IMG/VR virus record: IMGVR_UViG_3300047311_000868
Span: 1 to 49,072 of that record
Length of the DNA stretch: 49,072 nucleotides
Source of the DNA: a virus
Reading direction: 5' to 3' (one strand)
Shown: positions 32,882-40,596 of the stretch, in pieces
Position numbering within the stretch: position 1 is the stretch's first letter
How the letters are laid out: each line of letters opens with the position of its first letter
Made by a program: the position numbers and the translations under genes
The notes under the pieces: generated by a model
The model's database searches: none
What the model saw: only the letters and a program-made list of their open reading frames with translations
Told to the model about the DNA's origin: nothing

Positions 32882-32910
32882 ATTATAGTACAACAAAATA
32901 AAAAAATCAA
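32882..32910 (-). promoter_or_regulatory. Sigma70-type promoter TTGATT-N17-TATAAT
   Basis: The reverse complement reads TTGATT TTTTTATTTTGTTGTAC TATAAT. Confidence 0.65.
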
Positions 32911-33010
32911 GGGAGGAAGAGCGGAAGAACCGCTATTTTTGAAATATTCCTACCCTTGCTTCGTTTGTATCTGCGTACCATTTGTAAGATCCAGAAGGTA
33001 GGTAAGTACT

Positions 33011-33532
33011 TCAGCTTTCTTCCCCCGAATCTTCTCTTCCTCTAGAGAGAGATACTGTAGATACCTCAATGCTATCCTCGCGAGTTGCGTTGGTGTCTTT
33101 GTTGTCATTTTCCTTCTCCTCTACAAGTTTCTCCAACTGCGTCCAAGCGGACTGTGCTTCCCACTCGGCCTTCACCACCGCGTAAGGAACGTTTCTCTCC
33201 TTCGCCTCCTTTACTATCTCCGGGATGGGAGCTTCAACCTCCACCTCAATTGGATCCGTCGCAACATGGTCAATGCGTCCGGAGGCTACATCTTCCCTCC
33301 GAATAAGAACAATCGCATCCGTCCTCGCGGTAATCTCCGCGAGCGCCTCATCAACAGAAATACCGTCCGCCACCGCAAGTTTCTGTGCGTGGATGAGTTG
33401 CTTCTGCTTAAGCCTGTACTTCGCCTGCGCAGCCTTATGCGTCTTTGGGTTCTTCTGCCTCATCAGTTTCTGATACTCGGCTGAACCTACAATGATGTCG
33501 GGTCCGAACTGTCCTGTTCCACGAGCGGGCAT
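33011..33532 (-). CDS. Hypothetical early protein (173 aa)
   Basis: First gene after the promoter at 33553..33581, with SD aggagg-N8-ATG. It is charged and helical, with no motif recognised. Confidence 0.6.
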   Translation of the reverse strand: MPARGTGQFGPDIIVGSAEYQKLMRQKNPKTHKAAQAKYRLKQKQLIHAQKLAVADGISVDEALAEITARTDAIVLIRREDVASGRIDHVATDPIEVEVEAPIPEIVKEAKERNVPYAVVKAEWEAQSAWTQLEKLVEEKENDNKDTNATREDSIEVSTVSLSRGREDSGEES

Positions 33533-33552
33533 AGTTAAAACCTCCTACAGAT

Positions 33553-33581
33553 ATTATAATACAGAATCTTTTGAAAGTCAA
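33553..33581 (-). promoter_or_regulatory. Sigma70-type promoter TTGACT-N17-TATAAT
   Basis: The reverse complement reads TTGACT TTCAAAAGATTCTGTAT TATAAT, followed by an AGGAGG SD and the ATG at 33532. Confidence 0.7.
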
Positions 33582-33814
33582 CGTCAATAGTATGTTGTGT
33601 AGGGTCTTAATCTTGTAAAGGATGCCAAGTGGGTGTGTGTATTAAAAAAGGGGTAGATGAAGATATATATACGATACGTATTATATATTATGGTTCTTAT
33701 TCTTTATTACATAATAAGAATAAGCCGTCATTGGCAAGGATATTAGATCCATACTGCAGAATGCATAAAATTCAACGAACTGCCGGAGGGGAGGAGGGTT
33801 GCGAAGCAAAAAAA

Positions 33815-33840
33815 AACCTTAACTTTTGAGGGTTAAGGTT
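33815..33840. terminator. Bidirectional rho-independent terminator (AACCTTAAC N8 GTTAAGGTT flanked by A9 and T-rich runs)
   Basis: Read directly: aaaaaaaaaCCTTAACttttgaggGTTAAGGtttttctttt. It lies just downstream (minus strand) of 33874..34062. Confidence 0.8.
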
Positions 33841-33873
33841 TTTCTTTTCCTTTACAAACTTTCCAACTTGCCT

Positions 33874-34062
33874 TTATCCCTTGTATTCTGAAAGTTTCTG
33901 ACCTTTCAGCAAGGACTTGATGAGGAGATTCTTTTTCTTGTTGTAACCTTCCCTATAGTTGAGGTTGTCAAAATTCCTTTGAAGGAGGACAACAAGTTCC
34001 TTTTCTGTCAGTTTGTTCAGTTCCATTGCGGATTTGAGAGAGTCAAACTTTGTGTTGTACAT
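33874..34062 (-). CDS. AT-rich small gene (62 aa), moron-like, function unknown
   Basis: MYNTKFDSLKSAMELNKLTEKELVVLLQRNFDNLNYREGYNKKKNLLIKSLLKGQKLSEYKG. It has its own candidate promoter and a strong terminator. Its GC content is far below the genome average. Confidence 0.5.
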   Translation of the reverse strand: MYNTKFDSLKSAMELNKLTEKELVVLLQRNFDNLNYREGYNKKKNLLIKSLLKGQKLSEYKG

Positions 34063-34165
34063 AAACTGTCCTTTCGGATTGTTAACAATTCAGTTAAAAA
34101 CTTTGAAAGGAAAGTTTGTAAAGGTTTTATTCAGTTTTCAAAGAACTTATCTAACTTACAAATAC

Positions 34166-34194
34166 ATTATATAATAAAGTTTATAAAGAAGCAA
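34166..34194 (-). promoter_or_regulatory. Candidate promoter TTGCTT-N17-TATAAT for the 33874..34062 gene
   Basis: The reverse complement reads TTGCTT CTTTATAAACTTTATTA TATAAT. The -35 is weaker and the background is AT-rich, so false-positive risk is higher. Confidence 0.4.
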
Positions 34195-34277
34195 CATCGA
34201 TTTCGATTTTATTTTCTTTATCACTCTTCTCCTCCTATTCTCCAGTGTACATTTGATCCCAAGGACCTTTGCGTCGT

Positions 34278-34338
34278 AAAGTACTTTGCGGCACAACGAA
34301 CTCTCGGCGACAAAGTACTTTGTGGTGTAAAGTTCTTT
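34278..34338. promoter_or_regulatory. Three copies of the palindrome AAAGTACTTT (third copy AAAGTTCTTT); candidate operator or terminase-recognition sites
   Basis: Sites lie at 34278..34287, 34312..34321 (inside the perfect 12-mer CAAAGTACTTTG) and 34329..34338. Centre spacings are 34 and 17 bp. The cluster is 120-180 bp upstream of the plus-strand promoter and terS. Confidence 0.5.
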
Positions 34339-34458
34339 ACGGGGGACGTCCGGACCATCGCAAGCAGCCCCCGGGGGGGAGTCTCCTCTTACGTACGTAC
34401 GGGTTTTTACGCATGCCTATTTCAAATTCAACTCTCACTCCACCTCTCGTTCTAGACG

Positions 34459-34487
34459 TTGACCTGCCCGTAAATCCGTGATATAAT
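34459..34487 (+). promoter_or_regulatory. Sigma70-type promoter TTGACC-N17-TATAAT driving terS and the morphogenesis block
   Basis: Read directly: TTGACC TGCCCGTAAATCCGTGA TATAAT. The first start codon (GTG 34498 or ATG 34504) is only 11-17 nt past the -10 box. Confidence 0.7.
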
Positions 34488-34497
34488 ATCCCATACC

Positions 34498-35004
34498 GTG
34501 CATATGCAGTTGCCCTTTCCTCACCCGGTTCGGACTGTGTGGAAGCTACTTGCCCTTTTACGACGGGACAACCCCGACATCACCAATGGTGAATGTGCGA
34601 AGCAGTTGGGCTATAACGCCAACAGCATTGGTGCTTGGTTAAGGTCCCCTCTCTACCAGTCCTACGAGAATTGGCTGATTGAGCAGACGTACGACTCTCA
34701 GTCACTCGCGGTGAAGGTGAGTAGGGCGGACGTAAAGGAAGAGCTGGACGAGTTTGCGGTGGAGATGCTTGGCAGGCTCCGCGACATTGTCGAACATAGT
34801 TCCGATGAAAAGCTCATTGCAAGCATTGGTTTCGACGCCCTCGACAGGGCTGGTTACGCCGAGCCCAAGCGCGATGCGCAACGTCCAATCCAACTCATCT
34901 TGACAAGTGAAGTCCTTTCGGCGTTGATGCAGCGTTCTAGAGAGATAGCAGATACCACAGACGTAGTGGTTGGCGAGGTTCTGCAGTCTGAGAGTGTTGC
35001 GTAG
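34498..35004 (+). CDS. terS: Terminase small subunit (putative)
   Basis: 168 aa directly upstream of terL. It has an N-terminal HTH-like ITNGECAKQLGYNANSIGAWL. The start is GTG 34498 or ATG 34504. The assignment rests on position and HTH only. Confidence 0.55.
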   Translation: MHMQLPFPHPVRTVWKLLALLRRDNPDITNGECAKQLGYNANSIGAWLRSPLYQSYENWLIEQTYDSQSLAVKVSRADVKEELDEFAVEMLGRLRDIVEHSSDEKLIASIGFDALDRAGYAEPKRDAQRPIQLILTSEVLSALMQRSREIADTTDVVVGEVLQSESVA

Positions 35005-36662
35005 TGGATATAATCGAGACAAAGGCGAGGGAACAGATCTTCAACGGCCACGTCCCAACAGACTCCGTTGCCGACGAAGTCTTGGAGAAGACGAGGGAGA
35101 ATGGCCGTAACAGCCTTTACTTCTTCGCAACTGCTATTTGCGGTTTTGATAAGGTCCAACGCAACCCCCACCTCGAGCTTTGTTCCTTCATCCAACGCAT
35201 CCCTAAACGCCGCAAGGTGTTGCTGATCCCCCGCGACTGTTACAAGTCCACCATCGCAAGTAAGGCGTTGCCGTTATGGATCCTTTTACAGAAGGACTTT
35301 TGCGGCCTGCCTGGACGAGAACATCGAATACTCTGCGCTTCGTTCTCATCCGACAACGCCAAGAAACAAATCAAAGCGATTCGCCATTTAGTCGAACGGA
35401 ATACGTTGTTGCAATTGCTGTACCCGGAGATAATGCCGGACTTCAGCAGGACAACTTGGACCGACAGCAACCTTCTATTTCCACGAGACGGCGTGTATGG
35501 TGAAGACACAATTGAAGCTGCCGGGGTTGATACGCACCTTGTCAGCCGCCACTACACGGTACAAATTAAGGATGACCTCGAGGATGAGAAGGCAATGCAG
35601 TCGCCTACCGTCCGAAGTAAGGTCTATTCTTGGTATAAGAGTGCCGAAGCCCTCTTCGTCGACGAGCAAAGCGCCTTTGACCTGCTAGTCGGCACGAGAT
35701 GGGGTGTGGATGACCTCTACGCGCAGATTAAGCAAAACGAAGCTGGTACGTATGAGTTCCTCTGTCGCCCCCTCCACTGGGACCGGGAATCCCTCCTAGC
35801 AGACGTTAAAAGCGCGGCGGAGAGTGATAGCCCGCCTGTCTACGACATGGACCCGGAGAAGTACGCGCCGGAACCGAAGAAGGAGTACTTCTTCTTCCCC
35901 ACGCTCTTCCCGAAGGAAAGTTGCGAGAGGATCAAGCAGAAGCAGGGGACGTTTATGTATAGCATGCTATACCTAAACAACCCAAAGGACCCCGCCCTCG
36001 CTGAGTTTAAGGAAAGAGACTTCCGTTACTTCGTCTTCGACCCTACCGGGCAGTTGGTCCTGGAGCACGATGACGGTACAAAAGAAGTTGTCCCTTTTGA
36101 TTCCCTTAAACGTGTTATGTTTTGGGACCCTGCTATGTCTGGACCCGAGCAGAAGCGGAACGACCGCAACGCTATGGTGGTGGTTGCTCGCGATAGCCAT
36201 GATCGTTATTTCGTACTTGACGCGCTCATCGAACGGCAAAACCCCACCTTCCTTTACCACAAGTTTATCGGACTTCACAAGCGCTACGAAATACACAAAG
36301 CTGCAATTGAAGACGTGGCTTTCCAGCGTGTTCTTAAATTCCCACTCTACCAAGCGCAGATGAAGTTTGGTCATAAATTCCCGGTTATAGACCAACGGCC
36401 GGTAGGGGATAAGGACTCGAGGATTCGGTCCCTGATCCCTTACGTGGAGAGCCACCAGTTGTGGTTACGGCGAGGGCTGAAGGACTTGTTGGAGGAGTTG
36501 AAGGGCTTCCCGCTATTCCCGACAAAAGACGGCGTGGATGCCCTCGCAGCCTGCATTGAGTTGCAAGGGTTAAAGGGCCCAGTTTCAGAACGCCAGCAGA
36601 GAAGGAATGAACGGGACGACAACAGACGATCGGCCACGCGCAACACCCTCACGGGTTATTGA
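35004..36662 (+). CDS. terL: Terminase large subunit
   Basis: 552 aa. N-terminal SLYFFATAICGFDKV...HLELCSFIQ, a deviant Walker-A region KVLLIPRDCYKSTIAS, LLVGTRWGVDDLY, and nuclease-domain acidic motifs VMFWDPAMS, AIEDVAFQ, KDGVDALAACI. Confidence 0.85.
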   Translation: MDIIETKAREQIFNGHVPTDSVADEVLEKTRENGRNSLYFFATAICGFDKVQRNPHLELCSFIQRIPKRRKVLLIPRDCYKSTIASKALPLWILLQKDFCGLPGREHRILCASFSSDNAKKQIKAIRHLVERNTLLQLLYPEIMPDFSRTTWTDSNLLFPRDGVYGEDTIEAAGVDTHLVSRHYTVQIKDDLEDEKAMQSPTVRSKVYSWYKSAEALFVDEQSAFDLLVGTRWGVDDLYAQIKQNEAGTYEFLCRPLHWDRESLLADVKSAAESDSPPVYDMDPEKYAPEPKKEYFFFPTLFPKESCERIKQKQGTFMYSMLYLNNPKDPALAEFKERDFRYFVFDPTGQLVLEHDDGTKEVVPFDSLKRVMFWDPAMSGPEQKRNDRNAMVVVARDSHDRYFVLDALIERQNPTFLYHKFIGLHKRYEIHKAAIEDVAFQRVLKFPLYQAQMKFGHKFPVIDQRPVGDKDSRIRSLIPYVESHQLWLRRGLKDLLEELKGFPLFPTKDGVDALAACIELQGLKGPVSERQQRRNERDDNRRSATRNTLTGY

Positions 36663-36693
36663 AGGTGCAAAATGGCGAAGAAGGAGCGAGACA

Positions 36694-37011
36694 ATGAGTT
36701 TCATCCGCGCAGCTCAGAAGGGTCACCGCGATCCAAAACCAGCAAACAAAGTGGGCGTGACGGCGGGCAAGTACGCGAGCGATTGGGACGACGCGAAGGT
36801 GGGAGTGACGCGAGACAGCGTACCGACACGGCCCGTGTCGACGATCAACGGGTGCGCCGGCAGCACGAGAGGATCGAGCGGGAGCTCGAGTTGCAAGGTC
36901 GGCGAAACCACATCTCGCATGGGTGGGACAGGCAGTCCAGGCCAAATGAAGGGCAGCGGGAGCGCGTACAAGGGAAGTCACGGAACAGTGGCACAGTACA
37001 GGGGGAGGTGA
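36694..37011 (+). CDS. Candidate Gly/Ser/Lys-rich disordered protein (105 aa); frame ambiguous
   Basis: AAGGAG-N7-ATG. The codon choice (AAC, GAC, AAG, AGC, GGC) resembles confirmed genes. However, all six frames are open here, and a 228-aa ORF (36672..37358) in another frame is an alternative. Confidence 0.35.
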   Translation: MSFIRAAQKGHRDPKPANKVGVTAGKYASDWDDAKVGVTRDSVPTRPVSTINGCAGSTRGSSGSSSCKVGETTSRMGGTGSPGQMKGSGSAYKGSHGTVAQYRGR

Positions 37012-37014
37012 GTA

Positions 37015-37308
37015 ATGGGAAACAGCTTTCACAGCGGCAGAGGGATCAACAGTCTGGGCGTGAAGCCGGGATTCGTGAAGGGCGGTTCGACACGAGGCAA
37101 GACAGCGAACGGGTCGGCCAGCAAGGGCGGCGGGGACAAGAGCGGGGGAGTGAGTCTGGACGGGGGGAATCCAGGACCACCAGCAGCCATGTGGAACAGC
37201 TTCGCGAACGACGAGACCGACAACCCGGCCAAAGCGCCGATGAAGCACGGAAGTGGGCAAAAGGGGTCAGCTCGCGGGAGAAGTTCGAACGCCCCACAAG
37301 TATACTAA
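37015..37308 (+). CDS. Candidate Gly/Ser-rich disordered protein (97 aa); frame ambiguous
   Basis: A strong SD (gggggaggtga) precedes the ATG, which lies 3 nt after the upstream TGA. The product includes ...PPAAMWNSFANDETDNPAKAPMKHG with genome-typical codons. The alternative is the same 36672..37358 frame. Confidence 0.35.
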   Translation: MGNSFHSGRGINSLGVKPGFVKGGSTRGKTANGSASKGGGDKSGGVSLDGGNPGPPAAMWNSFANDETDNPAKAPMKHGSGQKGSARGRSSNAPQVY

Positions 37309-37332
37309 ACACGCACAACGCAGGAGTGTACC

Positions 37333-37722
37333 GTGATGCGCGTCCTCGACCGCGTTAGCAGATACGTACTGATCACTCTCCTCCTCCTCTTATCGACAGT
37401 CGTAAGCGCTCAGACCGTTACGGCGGCGAGTACGTTGCAGTGGACTTTAGTAGGTCAGGGCTTTGCTACATCTCAGTCCGCTGTGTATAAGGCGTATGTT
37501 GACGCAACCACGACGGGTGTCACCCTCACCACCGTGACTTGTGTTGCGGGGGTACCCACAAGTAACGCGGCCTGTACGAGTGCAATGCCTGCGCTCACGC
37601 CGGGTACCCACACGCTGGTGATCACACAGAGTATCGGCACGGCGGAGAGTCCGAAGAGTAACGCCGCAAGCGTAACCTTCACTGTTGTGGTTACGCCGTC
37701 GAACCTAACCGCGGTGCCGTAA
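37333..37722 (+). CDS. Secreted small Ig-like/beta-sandwich protein with Sec signal peptide
   Basis: MMRVLDRVSRYVLITLLLLLSTVVSA|QTV has the n-h-c signal-peptide layout with VSA. The mature ~100 aa is Thr/Val/Ala-rich and beta-strand-like (TLVITQSIG...SVTFTVVVTP). Confidence 0.6.
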   Translation: MMRVLDRVSRYVLITLLLLLSTVVSAQTVTAASTLQWTLVGQGFATSQSAVYKAYVDATTTGVTLTTVTCVAGVPTSNAACTSAMPALTPGTHTLVITQSIGTAESPKSNAASVTFTVVVTPSNLTAVP

Positions 37723-37723
37723 C

Positions 37724-39715
37724 ATGCCCGATAACGTTGCGCCGGTAAAGAATACCCTTCAGCCCCAAGACATCACGCTCAACGACTACCAGAAAACTGC
37801 GTTGATGCAGGACGTTCACGCGCAGCTAACGTCAGCAATTACGCATAGCGATTCGAGGCAGAACTTCCTTGCGAAGCTGTTGAAGGCGTACAAGGCGATG
37901 CCTGAGTACGAGGTGAAGAACTTCCCTTGGCCAAACGCCAGTAACGTTGTGATTCCCATCGTTGCCATTACGGTCGACACCGTTGCGTCGCGGCTGCAGC
38001 GGGCGGTGTTTGGAGCTAAGGATCCGGTTGAGGCACACATCAACACCAACACACCCTTCTTGATGACTGTCCCGCCGGATCCTGACAACCCCCAAGCTGC
38101 GGCGGCTGGCCCTCAGCAAGTGCCAATCGACGACAAACTCGTCCGTGACTGGGCTGCGTCCTTCCTCCGAAGTAGCGGCGCGCTCGACCGTCTCCGTACT
38201 GTGTTCATAGACATGCCGTTGTACGGCGAGGCGTTTGTAAGCCCGTTGTGGGTGGATGACAAAAAGACCTACCACGCCTACGACACAACAGGCGAGGTTG
38301 TTGTCCAAGAAATCCCCACATACACAGGTGTGAGGTTTAACATTGCAGCCGCGGCGGACGTACTAAACCCCACCGGCTTTGATGAGTGGGACCAACTTCC
38401 TTGGGTGGCGTTGCGGTTAAGGTATAGTAAAGTCGACCTCAACAAGCAAGTAAAGGATGGGGTTTTTCAGAAGGAAGATGTTGATAGGTTAAGGGCGAAG
38501 GAGAGGGACGACAAGAGACGGAAGGTTGAGCGGACGGCCGAGCACGTTACGGACATGCCGGACCAAATCTACGAACTGTACGAGGTTAGGGGGATGTTTG
38601 AACTTCCGGGGGAGACCGCGGAAGCTGAAGCATCTTTTGAAGAGGTGGTCCTAACCTACAGCCTCGACTTTAGGATCTTAATGCGGGCTATCTACAACCC
38701 GTACTTTGGGAAGAGTAGACACTTCGTCCGCGTCCCCTACCTCGTCCAGCCTCACGAACTGCATAGTATTGGCGTGGCGGAGATGGCTCTGCCCTTCCAG
38801 GAAGAGGCGAGTACCGCCCACAACCAGGTTATTGACGCTGCGACGGCCGCTAACGCAGGAGTGGTGGTGGTTAACAGTGAAATGAACCTGGGTCCCAACG
38901 AAGAGATCCACCCCGGCAAGACCGTTACTACAGACGGCGACCCGAACAAAGGCATGGCGGTCTTCCACCTTGCAGAACCCAGTCCCGTACTGGGCCAGGC
39001 TGAGGAGAAGGCCTTCTTCATGAATGAGAAGCGGACGGGAGTGTCCGTGTATAACATGGGGATGGAAAGTCCCGTTGTCGGTTCGCGTGCAACAGCTACA
39101 GGCACCACAGCTCTCATAAACGAAGGGAATATGAGATTCTGGGTGTCGATCGACGACATGAGGCGTGCAATTGAAGAATTACTATACCTAACAATCCAAC
39201 AAGAGCAGCAGATGCGGCCGGAGGGGTATTACTTCGAGTCTGGCCGGTTCATCCAATTCCCTCAGGGTGACCCACGAGAGAAACTCGCACTCCGCCTGTC
39301 TATGTCGTCGGAAAGCGTAAACCGCGACCTCGAAGTTCAGCAGATGCAGATGTTGATGCAGGTGGTGAACGACTACTACATGCGCCTGAACCAGGCCATG
39401 ATGATTGTGGCTAACCCCCAGTTCCCACCGCAGGCGAAGTTCGCAGCTGTCCAGACAATGGAAGCGAGTAGTAAGATTGTGAAGAAGTTCGTCGAGCGGT
39501 TTGACGTGGAGAACCTCGACGAAGTCGTGCCGACGATTCTCGGTGCGTTGCAGGGTATGGCGAGTGCCATGCAAGCAGCAGGAGGAATGAATGCAACTGG
39601 ACAGGGACCGATGGCTCAAACTCCCCCCGGACCTCCGCAAGCTGTACCTCAACGTCCTGGAGGCGGACCTGGAGCTGGCCCGCAACCACCTCCAGCAAGC
39701 GGAAGAGTCCAGTGA
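37724..39715 (+). CDS. Portal protein
   Basis: 663 aa downstream of terL. NFPWPNASNVVIPIVAITVDTVASRLQRAVFG and the overall size and position are typical of portals. The C-terminal tail is Gly/Pro/Gln-rich. Confidence 0.75.
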   Translation: MPDNVAPVKNTLQPQDITLNDYQKTALMQDVHAQLTSAITHSDSRQNFLAKLLKAYKAMPEYEVKNFPWPNASNVVIPIVAITVDTVASRLQRAVFGAKDPVEAHINTNTPFLMTVPPDPDNPQAAAAGPQQVPIDDKLVRDWAASFLRSSGALDRLRTVFIDMPLYGEAFVSPLWVDDKKTYHAYDTTGEVVVQEIPTYTGVRFNIAAAADVLNPTGFDEWDQLPWVALRLRYSKVDLNKQVKDGVFQKEDVDRLRAKERDDKRRKVERTAEHVTDMPDQIYELYEVRGMFELPGETAEAEASFEEVVLTYSLDFRILMRAIYNPYFGKSRHFVRVPYLVQPHELHSIGVAEMALPFQEEASTAHNQVIDAATAANAGVVVVNSEMNLGPNEEIHPGKTVTTDGDPNKGMAVFHLAEPSPVLGQAEEKAFFMNEKRTGVSVYNMGMESPVVGSRATATGTTALINEGNMRFWVSIDDMRRAIEELLYLTIQQEQQMRPEGYYFESGRFIQFPQGDPREKLALRLSMSSESVNRDLEVQQMQMLMQVVNDYYMRLNQAMMIVANPQFPPQAKFAAVQTMEASSKIVKKFVERFDVENLDEVVPTILGALQGMASAMQAAGGMNATGQGPMAQTPPGPPQAVPQRPGGGPGAGPQPPPASGRVQ

Positions 39716-39792
39716 CATCCTCCGACAACAGGGGGTCGTACGGTATTTATCAAGTCGGTTAAAGACGTTGACAAACGTCAAGGAGACAGACA

Positions 39793-40596
39793 GTGGCGAA
39801 GATCGAAACAGACCAGAACGGCATAGTCACGACTCCGGCGAGGTTCGCGGGCCGGCACATTGACGAGGTGATGGACTACCTCGATGGGTTGGAGGCCGCT
39901 GTGTCTTCCTCCTCCTCCCACACGGAAGATCCTCCACCAAAGCCGGTTGCAAAGACGCCCGAACAGATTGCGGCGGAACGGCTTGCCGCTAGCTCGCACA
40001 ACCGTATCGATCCCCTACAGCAGATGACGTTCCAACGGTTCGAGCAGGACGATGAGGAGCAGTTTTCGAAGACTGTCGAGGACTACGACGTTTACAAAGA
40101 GAAGATCGATAAGTTGAAGAACACGCTTCACCCGGCGCAGCGCGCCCAGAAGAACCTCCACCGTACTCTTTACATAAACGTCAAGAGTGAGGATCCGAAG
40201 GTGCGCGGGAAGATCTTTGCGAAGGTTGAAGCAGATCCGCCGCCGGTTGAGGGCGATGAAGAGGAGACTCCGCCTCCTTCGCCGGGTGTAGAGAAGCCTC
40301 GAGTTGCTGCGCCGGCGGCGGCTCGTCCGGGGCCTCGTCCAGCACCACCACTAGCCTCTCCCACGCCGGCAAGTCGCCCTGCGCCGGTTAATAGTAGTAA
40401 GGAGAGGAAGCCGAAACTCGTCGCGACGGATAAGATCCGTTCTTTCTGCCGGGCCACTAACCAAAACTTAGACGCGTATTTGATGCGGTTGGAAGACAAC
40501 GGCGAGACGCAGGAGTCGTTGAACGGTGCGGGACAGATGGGTCGGAGAGAACAACCACGGTCTGTTTATGACCGTACAAAGGCGGTGCGGTCATGA
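39793..40596 (+). CDS. Scaffolding-like protein (putative)
   Basis: 267 aa between portal and capsid genes. GTG start with SD aaggag. It is helical and charged with a Pro/Ala-rich linker. The call is based on position. Confidence 0.5.
   Translation: MAKIETDQNGIVTTPARFAGRHIDEVMDYLDGLEAAVSSSSSHTEDPPPKPVAKTPEQIAAERLAASSHNRIDPLQQMTFQRFEQDDEEQFSKTVEDYDVYKEKIDKLKNTLHPAQRAQKNLHRTLYINVKSEDPKVRGKIFAKVEADPPPVEGDEEETPPPSPGVEKPRVAAPAAARPGPRPAPPLASPTPASRPAPVNSSKERKPKLVATDKIRSFCRATNQNLDAYLMRLEDNGETQESLNGAGQMGRREQPRSVYDRTKAVRS

Noticed and set aside
32927-32950. Short hairpin AGCGG-N5-CCGCT followed by ATTTTTG between 33011 and the 32882..32910 promoter, considered as a terminator
   Set aside because: The stem is only 5 bp. 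The T-run is on the plus strand, whereas the flanking genes are transcribed on the minus strand, where no U-tract follows. The evidence is too weak to call.
33979-34455. 158-aa plus-strand ORF and the 33629..33829 ORF in the AT-rich control region
   Set aside because: They run through promoters, a terminator and palindromes, and overlap the minus-strand gene 33874..34062. Their products (Phe/Lys/Asn/Ile-rich) look like translated AT-rich non-coding DNA. No SD is present.
35008-35013. TATAAT hexamer at the start of terL, considered as an internal promoter
   Set aside because: There is no TTG-type -35 element 17 nt upstream, and it lies within coding sequence. It is probably a chance occurrence.
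36672-37358. 228-aa Arg/Glu/Gln-rich plus-strand ORF, plus the minus-strand ORFs 36649..37260, 37029..37232 and 37046..37318
   Set aside because: These are not firmly rejected for the plus frame. They are open mainly because the segment lacks T, so stops are absent in all frames. By eye the codon choice fits the two shorter SD-preceded frames better. The minus-strand ORFs have no start context and oppose the transcription direction of the block.
39591-39863. 90-aa plus-strand ORF overlapping the portal 3' end and the scaffold-like gene start
   Set aside because: It is out of frame with two better-supported genes and has no SD. It is open only because of the Gly/Pro/Gln-rich portal tail region.
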